From NCBI GenBank assembly GCA_002269645.1, contig NIVC01000808.1, positions 248,001 to 312,000 on the forward strand: a DNA stretch of 64,000 nucleotides, given 5' to 3'. Origin of the DNA: Macrostomum lignano. Its lineage: Eukaryota. Below are positions 1 through 9,911 of the stretch, in pieces. Positions within the stretch are counted from its first letter, which is position 1. The number at the start of each line of letters is the position of its first letter. The translations under genes and the position numbers were made by a program. The notes under the pieces were generated by a model, which searched no databases, was not told the origin of the DNA, and saw only the letters and a list, made by a program, of their open reading frames with translations.

Positions 1-16
1 CCCACAGCTCTGCCTT

Positions 17-358
17 ATGACACCACACCTCCTTTTTATGACCCTACATTTCCTTTTTATGACCCCACAGCTCTACCTTATGACCCCACAGCTCTACCTT
101 ATGACCCCACAGCTCTACCTTATGACCCCACAGCTCTACCTTATGACCCCACAGCTCTACCTTATGACCCCACAGCTCTACCTTATGACCCCACAGCTCT
201 ACCTTATGACCCCACAGCTCTACCTTATGACCCCACAGCTCTACCTTATGACCCCACAGCTCTACCTTATGACCCCACAGCTCTACGTGATGACCCCACA
301 GCTCCACCTTATGACCCCACACCTCCTTATGACCCCACAGCTCCACTTTATGACCTTA
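17..358. repeat. 21-bp minisatellite (CCCCACAGCTCTACCTTATGA), about 16 copies
   Basis: Near-perfect tandem copies read directly; explains the MTPQLYL-repeat ORFs. Confidence 0.95.
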
Positions 359-457
359 CACGTCTATTCTATGATTGCATAGTTTCCATTACCCCATAGT
401 TTGATTTAGTGTACACATAGCCAAAACACGCTCTGACCATTTAGACTGAATTCCCCA

Positions 458-1129
458 TTGCCGCAGCCGCGCTCCCAGCTACTCAAAGTGATCCTACTCG
501 GAGACGGCGGCGTTGGCAAGTCGTCGTTAATGACTCGCTACGTGCAGCAGCGCTTCGATCCGCACCAGCATCACACCATCGGGGTGGAATTCCTAGTTAA
601 AGAGGTCAGCCTGTCTGACGGGTCCCGGTACACCCTGCAGATCTGGGACACCGCCGGCCAGGAGAGATTCCGATCGCTGCGCACCCCGTTCTACCGCGGC
701 GCCGACGCGTGCATGCTGGTGTACAGCCTGGAGGATTCGAAATCGTTTGCTAATTTAAACATCTGGCGTCAGGAGTTCTTTCATTATTCCGGCGTGGAAT
801 CAGGCGAATTTCCATTTCTTCTAGTTGGCAATAAGAGCGACTCGGAGCGGGCCGCGGTGCCAGCTGATCAGGCCGAGGCCTGGGCTACAGAGCTGGATAT
901 GCCGCACTTATTAACCTCGGCTAAGAGTGCTCACAATGTTGACCAAGCGTTTGAGCAGTTGACTAGTCTATGGGCTAAGCGTCAACTGATTGGCTTAGCG
1001 CGCGGCGGATCCGCGGATCAGGATAATGATAATGAGGTTCGCGATGTGGGCACCGTGCGAATTAGGCGAGGCGGCGGCGAAAGTGCCGCTGGCAGTGTTG
1101 GCGGCTACCGTCGTCGGTGCTGTAATTGA
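458..1129 (+). CDS. RAB9: Rab9 small GTPase (single coding exon in window; true start codon not visible)
   Basis: G1 GDGGVGKS, G3 WDTAGQE, Rab9-typical FRSLRTPFYRG, G4 NKSD, G5 SAK, C-terminal CCN prenylation motif. The track start at 458 is TTG, with an in-frame TGA at 434-436, so the ATG must be spliced on (in-frame acceptors AG 465-466 or 477-478). Confidence 0.93.
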   Translation: MPQPRSQLLKVILLGDGGVGKSSLMTRYVQQRFDPHQHHTIGVEFLVKEVSLSDGSRYTLQIWDTAGQERFRSLRTPFYRGADACMLVYSLEDSKSFANLNIWRQEFFHYSGVESGEFPFLLVGNKSDSERAAVPADQAEAWATELDMPHLLTSAKSAHNVDQAFEQLTSLWAKRQLIGLARGGSADQDNDNEVRDVGTVRIRRGGGESAAGSVGGYRRRCCN

Positions 1130-1178
1130 GACGTTCTCGGCCTTCTAACAGTAGCTTAACTTTGTTGAAAGTGAAGCT

Positions 1179-1930
1179 AATATAGCTATTTGCAGCCCAG
1201 TTGGGCTTAAGCGCATTGAATTGAATCCAAGATAGGTTTGCCAAAGTACTGGAGCTTTCGTCTATGGTAGCAGGGCTGGCACGGCGGCATTTAATTTGGT
1301 CCAACAAGCATCAATTTGGTCCGTAACTTCATTTGCAACTGCTGTGGTGGAGCAAGATCAGCCCCAGTATTGTGGGCCATATGCTAGGCTGCCGAACGAA
1401 TGTCAATTGGCTTGTGATCGAAGCGCTCAACAGAGATGAACACCCAAAGGACATTGCAAGGTTGCTGAATGTAAAAAAATAATGGTTTACAGCATCCATC
1501 AGCGCGTTGAAACCACTGCCGGCAGAAATAGCCTGCAAATGGGTGGCAATCGCCAAGGCAAGTTGCTCAAGAACGTCAAGTCCAACTGCTACTCAATGCA
1601 GTTGAGACGAACCCTTTGTTTTTCGGTGCAGAAAATGCAGCAGAAGTTGAAGGCACAGTTTCAGTTGGTTATCAGATTTTGACTATCAGCAGACCTCTGG
1701 AAAAGCGACTGAAAATTTTTGGTAGAGACGCTGACATTCCAGCGGTACGCAACAACCCACAGGTTGTGAGAAGGCAAGGAGTTTGCCTGATGGCTCACGA
1801 GCGTTTGGACCAAATTGAATGCCGCTGTGCCAGCCTTGCTGCCATAGACAGGAGCTCCAGTACATTGGCAAACCTATCTTAGAGTAAATTCAATACGCGT
1901 AGGCCCAAATGGGCTGCAAAAAGCTATATT
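1179..1930. repeat. Long inverted repeat: 126-bp arms at 1179-1304 and 1805-1930, 500-bp spacer
   Basis: Manual alignment gives 110/126 identity with no indels; the same peptide echo appears in track ORFs 1062-1307(-) and 1616-1882(+). Confidence 0.9.
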
Positions 1931-3099
1931 CATACCGGATTCGCTCATTCAATTCAACTTAGAAAAACTTGAACGCCAACACATTCTTAGTGGCATAAAA
2001 TGGTGTTTTGTCAGCCAAATTGATAGTTAAGCCAACAAAGCAGTAAATAGACAGACAGCCCATAGACAGACATAGACATAAGCAGATGGTAAAGGCAACC
2101 AACTGTTAGTAATTTGGCCATAAGACATCAGCACAAAGAAGGACGCCAGCAGCAGCTTCTTTCATAGAAAGCATGCTTAAACATCAATTTCTATTCAGTA
2201 AAGATGAGAGTTATTACTCGTAATAAAAGTTGTGAAATTTTTGTGAAAAAAAAGTTGTGAAAAAAGGTCTACTAATTGTATGCTCTTCAGTTTAATGTCA
2301 CTTGAATTTAAGGTTGCAGCGGCCCCATGCATGAGCATTCGAGTATGGGGTTAAGAATGAAAAATGTATCTAATATTACTTTCCAATTTTACCATTATAA
2401 TGGCAAAACGCTAATTTTGCTACTGAAAAAAGACTGAATCACGTGACAAATTTTGATTCAGTTTAGTTAGGAGTAATGTACACTGCCAGCGCGCCAGTTA
2501 ATGTACATTGGCGCGACGATAAGGAGCAATAATAAAATGGACAGCCGGGGAGGGGGTGTTAAGTAGGGCACGCTTAAATCGACAGATAAATTAGCCAAAT
2601 ATGCAATAGTACTACTGTATTGTAAGTAGTTAAATAGAATATTTCGCAGATTGTATCTGGATTCTTGTTTATATTTTGCCAAAAAAAACGAAATTAATTC
2701 ACTGCCAAATAGGTTTCAGTAATCTGCGTTCGCACGAAACTGCTTTGCGTTTCCCTTTGTAATTTTCTAGTTTTTTTATATTCAGAAGAGCGCTTTGTTG
2801 ACTCGTTGCATTTCCCGCTAACAGTTCAAATAGCGCAATGGTGCAATCAAATATTTGATTAACTTTATGCGAGCTAGTATTTTATACGGAATGTAAGATT
2901 TCAGTATATATTTGTTATTGTATGCATTAAGTTGTATTATGATTTCTGTTAAATTTCGGCCAGTTAGTGTTTTGATTTGTTATTTTCACCCAGTTATTTT
3001 TATACCTAAACATGTCATTGCATTGGTGCACATTCTACATGTCACATGGAACTATCCTTTGTTTCTCCGTATGTCTTCTTGCCTCTAGTAAGTTTTCCC

Positions 3100-4045
3100 T
3101 CAGCCTCTTTAACTGTCTCTCCCTGTCTCGTCCTCTCTCTCTACTTGTCTCTCCCTGTCTCGTCCTCTCTCTACCTGTCTCGTCCTCTCTCTCCCTGTCT
3201 CGTCCTCCCTCTACCTGTCTCATCCTCTCTCTACTTGTCTCGTCCTCTCTCTACCTGTCTCGTCCTCTCTCTCCCTGTCTCGTCCTCTTTCTACTTGTCT
3301 TTCCCTGTCTCTTCCTCTCTCTCTCTACTTGTCTCTCCCTGTCTCGTCCTCTCTCTATTTGTCTCTCCCTGTCTCGTCCTCTTTCTACTTGTCTCTCCCT
3401 GTCTCGTCCTCTTTCTACTTGTCTTTCCCTGTCTCTTCCTCTTTCTACTTGTCTCTCCCTGTCTCGTCCTCTTTCTACTTGTCTTTCCCTGTCTCTTCCT
3501 CTCTCTCTACTTGTCTCTCCCTGTCTCGTCCTCTCTCTACTTGTCTCTCCCTGTCTCGTCCTCTTTCTACTTGTCTTTCCCTGTCTCTTCCTCTCTCTCT
3601 ACTTGTCTCTCCCTGTCTCTTCCTCTCTCTCTACTTGTCTCTCCCTGTCTCGTCCTCTCTCTATTTGTCTTTCCCTGTCTCGTCCTCTTTCTACTTGTCT
3701 CTCCCTGTCTCGTCCTCTTTCTACTTGTCTTTCCCTGTCTCTTCCTCTCTCTCTACTTGTCTCTCCCTGTCTCGTCCTCTCTCTCTACTTGTCTCTCCCT
3801 GTCTCGTCCTCTCTCTACTTGTCTCTCCCTGTCTCGTCCTCTCTACTTGTCTCTCCCTGTCTCGTCCCCTCTCTACTTGTCTCTCCCTGTTTCGTCCTCT
3901 CTCTACTTGTCTCTCCCTGTTTCGTCCTCTCTCTACATGTCTCTCCCTGTCTCGTCCTCTCTCTACTTGTCTCTCCCTGTTTCGTCCTCTCTCTACTTGT
4001 CTCTCCCTGTCTCGTCCTCTCTCTCTACTTGTCTCTCCCTGTCTC
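3100..4045. repeat. CT-rich ~30-bp minisatellite (CTACTTGTCTCTCCCTGTCTCGTCCTCTCT)
   Basis: Tandem copies read directly; source of the L/S/P/V ORFs at 3012-4154. Confidence 0.95.
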
Positions 4046-4491
4046 ATTCTTGCTGCTCCTGTCCGTGTTGCAGAGGTCTTTCAGTTTCCCTCTCCTAGCC
4101 CTTTGCCCTCCACTCTGCCACAATGCTTGTAAAACTGTCGTCGCTATGCTATAGTTATACAAATATTGTACTTGTTTATTCGTTTCCTATCGGTGTTTGC
4201 AATAGATTCTTTGCTACTACTTACATGTACTCTTTCCTGACCCAGCAGGTCTAGTTGTTTTTCTATTAATCTATTTGAGCTCATTAGAATTTTTCTCTTG
4301 TAATTTTGATTTTGATTTTGTAAGACTGTCAGATTTCCAATAAATTTTCAACAGAAAGATCTGCTAATATTGATAGATTTTTTCACTTATTTATTAACTG
4401 ATTGCTTGCGACTTCTATAGTTTCCTTACTACAAGCTAGCTGCTATTGATGGTGTTTAGATTAGCAATCCGCCCCATCTCAGCTCAACAGC

Positions 4492-4975
4492 ATGATCAGC
4501 TCAATCGATGAAGCCAAATGTGTTAAACAAGAGAAGCCGTCTGAGACAGAAGAAGAAATTGATGAAGCGTCGTTTCACACGGCCAACTGCCAGCCTCCTG
4601 ACAGCTCCTGCGACGGCGGCGGCGGATGGAGCCGGCTGAGCCTGCACGAGGATGAGGCTGGCGAGGAGAAGCTCATCTATTCAGATGCTGAGGACAATGA
4701 AGAGGAGCTGGCTGCGGCTTCTGCTCGGAGGAAGCGGACGGCGCTGCGGCCCACGGGTGAGACAGGCGCTAGGACAGGCACTAAGACAGACGCTAGGACA
4801 GGCACTAAGACAGACACTAAGACAGGCAGACAGACAGACAGACAGATAGACAGGCAGACACTAAGATAAACAGGCAGACAGACACACACACAGACAGATA
4901 CACACACAGACAGACACACACACAGACAGACACACACATAGACAGACAGGCAGACAGACAGACAGACAAACAGAC

Positions 4976-5009
<34 letters not shown>

Positions 5010-5015
5010 GCAGGC

Positions 5016-5110
<95 letters not shown>

Positions 5111-8100
5111 CGGACAGACGGACAGACAGACAGATTTATGGACGGACGGACAGGCGGACAGACAGACAGACAGACAGATAGATGGACGGACGGACGGACA
5201 GGCGGACAGACAGACAGATAGATAGATGGACGGACGGACGGACAGGCGAACAGACAGACAGATAGATAGATGGACGGACGGACGGACAGGCGGACAGACA
5301 GACAGATAGATAGATGGACGGACGGACAGGCGGACAGACAGACAGATAGATAGATGGACGGACAGACAAACAGGAGCAGAACGGAAATGCATGAACACTT
5401 AACTTTCGCTATTCTTACCGAAGTCTTGCCCTTGCATCACGGCCCTCGCATACCCCAATACAATGACCTAAATATTCGTCCCTTTGCAGAAAACGGCGCA
5501 CCCCCAGCCGGTGTCGAGCCGGCGCCAAAAAAGAAGCGCTCCCGCGCCTGGGGCCTGACGAAACCGGCCGTTGTGCCCGTTGTCATCACCGCTAGCGTTA
5601 TCAATGTAAATCGAAAGTATAATATACTCCTACTTTCCTACTGTAATCGGCTAGCATAGTAGCAAGTAGTGTTTGCACTGATAAAATTAATGCATCTATG
5701 TAATTGTATTTCTAGGAAATGCTGCCGAATCAGACAAAGCCGCCAGCGACTGACTGCAAAGACTCGCCGCCCGTCGTCGATTCCATCGACGTCGACGTCG
5801 CCAACAAAGACGAAGGCGAAGCCGCATCGGAGCTTGAGGACGGCGAAGTGTCGCCTACCAATAACAACAGTAATAGCAATCACAATAACTCTATGACTAG
5901 CCAGAAGAAATGGTTGCCCACTGTACTCGCCGAATCACGTGATCAAACGGACAGACCGAAAGATCAGTTGGGCACTCAGCCTGCCACCGCTTCTGCTGAT
6001 GCTGAACAGTCGCTAGGCCGACTGAGTCAATTTCATAGGACCGTCACTCGGCCGTGCATTTTCTGGTGCCTGGCGAAGCCTGCGGATCTCTCAGAAAAAT
6101 TGAAGAAGGATGTGAGAATGTTTAGTCTCTAATGTGTACATTATTTCATGAGCTATGACTGACTGGATTCTTGTATGACCTCATCAGCTATGACTGACTA
6201 GATTCTTGTATGACCTCATCAGCTATGACTGACTGGATTCTTATATGACCTCATCAGCTATGACTGACTGGATTCTTATATGACCTCATCAGCTATGACT
6301 GACTGGATTCTTGTATGACCTCATCATCTATGACTGACTAGATTCTTGTATGACCTTATCAGCTTTAACTGATTGGATTCTTGTATGACCTCATCAGCTA
6401 TGACAGACTGTATTCTTGTTGGACTCGCTGCGAGCTGCCCTTCGGCGAGAGTGGGAGCGGATCCCCCAGGATGTGCTGCGTGCCGCAGCCCGGTCTGTGA
6501 GACGTCGTCTTCGTGCTGTCATTCGCAACAGGGGCGGCTACATTGAGTGATACTTTGTGCCATAGACACTGACAGGTCCACCAACATCTCTGTAAAATTT
6601 CAACATAATATCTTTTAGCATACCATAGGTGGCCCATAATATGTGTTGTTGCAGGATTTTTGACGCACCCTGTATGACCTCATCAGCTATGACTGACTGG
6701 ATTCTTGTATGACCCCATCATCTGACTGACTAGATTCTTGTATGACCTCATCATCTATGACTGACTGGATTCTTGTATGACCTCATCAGCTATGACTGAC
6801 TGGATTCTTGTATGACCTCATCATCTGACTGACTAGATTCTTGTATGACCTCATCAGCTATGATCAACTGGATTCTTGTATGACCTTATCAGCTATGACT
6901 GATTCCAGTTTCTCAATAAGCCGTACAAATTCAGCCATCCGCTCCATCCTGGCACCGCAGCTGGCGGCTCCGCTTGCCCCGCCGCCGCCGCCGGACCCCT
7001 ACGAGTCGGTCTTCGACGTGGCCGCCCTGGAGGCCGCCGCTGGCGTCGAGCAGCTCCGACGCGACCGTCGCCGGCTGCACCCGAACTCGCGCCCGTTCCC
7101 GCCGGACTTCGAGGCCACCGGCGGCCGGCTGCCGCTGCCACTCGACCATTTTTCAGGCGTCGACATTGCCGACAATGGTCGGAGACGCCGACAACAGGCT
7201 CCGGCAGTGCTGCATCATTTTCCGCGCTGTATGAAGCCGTTCGAAGCGGATGAGTTGCATCAAGAATTGAGCAGTAGCAATTGCATGCCGAGGGCTGCAT
7301 CCGAGGATGATGAGGCTGCGGTGAAGCTGAACTGGCTGGACGACAGCAGCCGCTGGCCGGACGCTCTGCACAAGTTGCGCCGACAGCTGGCCGCCCTGTT
7401 GAAGGTGCCGTTCGCTCGAGCCGCTGTTGCTAGGCTGGAAAGACCGTCTGACTGCACCGACTGGTGGTGAGTTAGAGGTAGAGTTTGATGTGATTTCTGG
7501 TACAGTTAGAGGGAGACTTTCATGTCTCCCTGGCAGGAAATGTTTCACAGGGGTCCAGTAGAGTGTGTAGGATTTGAGTAGGGTGTCTGATAGAGTTGTA
7601 GCCTAGTGGTCAGAGCCTTGGTCTCACGACTTTGGAAGTCGGGGGTTCGATTCATGGTCCCACTCGAAACAATTTGTGTCCTTGAGCAAGACACTTAACT
7701 TTGCATTGCTTCAGTTCAGCCAGCTGTAAAATGGGTGCCAGCATTAGCTGGGGTAATTGAGGCTGTGTGTGGCGACCGCCCCCCAGTCCTTGGACTGAGC
7801 AGCCGTACGCAGCCTTCAGATGCGCCACGCAATAGCTGCGGCTGAGCTGTCGGTTGCGCATCTGCCCAATTGGGGCAGGTGTAATCAATCATTATTTTGA
7901 TTGCTGGTAGATTAGAGCGGACAGTTGAATAGGGCGTTTGGTTTGGCAGTCTCTAAAAGTTGGGTATAGTGTATGGTAGAGTCTCGTGGAGTTGGATTGG
8001 TTGTCTGGTTGACTGGCGAGTTGGTTGTCTGGTAGAGTGGCGAGTTGGTTGTCTGGTAGAGTGGCGATTTGGTTGTCTGGTAGAGTGGCGAGTTGGGTGT

Positions 8101-8490
8101 CTGGTAGAGTGGCGAGTTGGTTAGTTACCCGTACTCCTACCGCATGGTGTACTCGCGCTCCACCGCAGGCACCAGTCGGCAACATCAAAGGACAGCGGCG
8201 ATGCCGGCAGCAGCCCCGCGACCCCACTGGCCGCCCTGGTGTTCGTCGGCGGCCCGCCCAGGCCGGTGGAATTTCGCAGTCGCCAGCGTCAGAGTCGCGG
8301 GCAGCAGCGGAGGCTGCACCTGGCGGCGACGCGGCACGGTGGCCTGCTGGTGGCCGAAGGCTCGGCCGTCAGCGACTGGGCCGTCCGGCTGCCTGCCTTC
8401 GCTGCTGACGGGGACTCGCGTGCTGCTGCTGCTGCTGATCAGGCAGCCCAAGCACTGTTTATGCTGCTTTTTGTGCGCTCAGAGGAGCAG
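4492..8490 (+). CDS. Multi-exon nuclear protein with acidic N-terminus, NLS, RSB-like motif and degenerate AlkB (ALKBH2/3-like) domain
   Basis: Predicted exons 4492-4756, 5490-5605, 5716-6111, 6961-7466, 8169-8490; all GT-AG and phase-compatible, 535 codons. The C-terminal half aligns by eye with ALKBH3 (VLHHFPRCMKPFEADELHQEL; WPDALHKLRRQL..F..; DWWHQS; RHGGLLVAEG..SDWAVRLP). Terminal exon uncertain; candidate 12067-12084 (NESRV*). Confidence 0.7.
4760..5372. repeat. Compound (GACA)n/(GATA)n/(GGAC)n microsatellite in intron
   Basis: Read directly. Confidence 0.95.
6151..6905. repeat. 35-bp minisatellite (TGACCTCATCAGCTATGACTGACTGGATTCTTGTA) interrupted by a transposon fragment
   Basis: Tandem copies at 6151-6418 and 6673-6905. 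Confidence 0.93.
6419..6674 (+). mobile_element. 3' stump of a Tc1/mariner-superfamily DNA transposon
   Basis: 6419-6550 encodes LDSLRAALRREWERIPQDVLRAAARSVRRRLRAVIRNRGGYIE*, the typical Tc1/mariner transposase C-terminus. The fragment ends ...GACGCACCCTG+TA (reverse complement TA|CAGGGTG), a right TIR plus TA target. Confidence 0.85.
7593..7890 (+). mobile_element. tRNA-derived CORE-SINE (copy 1), intronic
   Basis: A box TAGCCTAGTGG, B box GGTTCGATTC, then TGTGTCCTTGAGCAAGACACTTAAC...CTGTAAAATGGG resembling the MIR/CORE domain; second copy at 18265-18561. Confidence 0.85.
8000..8125. repeat. 24-bp tandem repeat (GGCGAGTTGGTTGTCTGGTAGAGT), about 5 copies
   Basis: Read directly. Confidence 0.85.
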
Positions 8491-8530
8491 GTGAGTGAGC
8501 TGGCTGATTGACAGCTCGAATCAATCATTT

Positions 8531-9524
8531 GGCTGTCTGTCTGTTTTGTGTTACTGATGCTGTCTGTCTGTTTTTTGTTACTGAGGCTGTCTGTTTTGTG
8601 TTACTGATGCTGTCTGTCTGTTTTGTGTTACTGAGGCTGTCTGTCTGTTTTGTGTTACTGAGGCTGTCTGTCTGTTTTGTGTTACAGATGCTGTCTGTCT
8701 GTTTTGTGTTACAGAGGCTGTCTGTCTGTTTTTTGTTACTGAGGCTGTCTGTCTGTTTTGTGTTACAGATGCTGTCTGTCTGTTTTGTGTTACTGATGCT
8801 GTCTGTCTGTTTTGTGTTACTGAGGCTGTCTGTCTGTTTTTTGTTACAGATGCTGTCTGTCTGTTTTGTGTTACAGATGCTGTCTGTCTGTTTTGTGTTA
8901 CTGAGGCTGTCTGTCTGTTTTTTGTTACTGAGGCTGTCTGTCTGTTTTGTGTTACTGATGCTGTCTGTCTGTTTTGTGTTACTGAGGCTGTCTGTCTGTT
9001 TTGTGTTACTGAGGCTGTCTGTCTGTTTTGTGTTACTGATGCTGTCTGTCTGTTTTGTGTTACTGAGGCTGTCTGTTTTGTGTTACTGAGGCTGTCTGTC
9101 TGTTTTTTGTTACTGAGGCTGTCTGTTTTGTGTTACTGATGCTGTCTGTCTGTTTTGTGTTACTGAGGCTGTCTGTCTGTTTTCTGTTACAGAGGCTGTC
9201 TGTCTGTTTTTTGTTACTGAGGCTGTCTGTCTGTTTTGTGTTACAGATGCTGTCTGCTTTGTGTTACTGATGCTGTCTGTATGTTTTGTGTTCTGAGGCT
9301 GTCTGTCTGTTTTCTGTTACTGATGCTGTCTGCTTTGTGTTACTGAGGCTGTCTGCTTTGTGTTACAGATGCTGTCTGCTTTGTGTTACTGAGGCTGTCT
9401 GTCTGTTTTCTGTTACTGATGCTGTCTGCTTTGTGTTACTGAGGCTGTCTGCTTTGTGTTACAGATGCTGTCTGCTTTGTGTTACTGAGGCTGTCTGTCT
9501 GTTTTCTGTTACTGATGCTGTTCT
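8531..9524. repeat. ~27-bp minisatellite (CTGTCTGTTTTGTGTTACTGAGGCTGT)
   Basis: Read directly; starts 40 bp after donor 8491. Confidence 0.95.
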
Positions 9525-9911
9525 GTTAATTAAAATAATTTCATTTTTAGTTAGTGAGTGACCTTTTTAGTTAGTGAGTAATAGTAGATTTCACGCCCCT
9601 GGAAATCTAGGCACGACATTCGCTAGGATTTCCCCGCGGAATTTTTCATAAACTTCTCTCTGTTATCTATCTGTTTGCTAGGTCATTAATTTGTCTCTAC
9701 CAGCTGACTTTGTGCTTATTTTATAATGCGCTTTTTCTGCACAGTGCACTCCCTGCCCTATCAGGGGGTCACTTTCACATTTGAGTAAACAAAAACATTT
9801 ATGTACAGCTGAGAATCTCACTGCACTTTTCCTGGTCACCTGTGCGGCTGGGCGGCTGGCTTATACTCTCTTACTTAGTTGATTGTGCCAGTCTGCGCCT
9901 GTGTCTACTGT

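Noticed and set aside
3012-4154. Long hydrophobic ORFs (also 17-382, 4817-5398, 8508-9089, 23470-23985, 44001-44918, 58234-59003)
   Set aside because: All are translations of tandem repeats with no domain content.
7593-7660. tRNA-like sequences (also 25241, 40276, 47149)
   Set aside because: A/B boxes run into SINE bodies with tails or TSDs; no complete cloverleaf could be supported.
9809-9911. Possible terminal exon of the AlkB-like gene after acceptor 9807-9808
   Set aside because: It would read into the 1.9-kb C/T repeat; no good donor was found.
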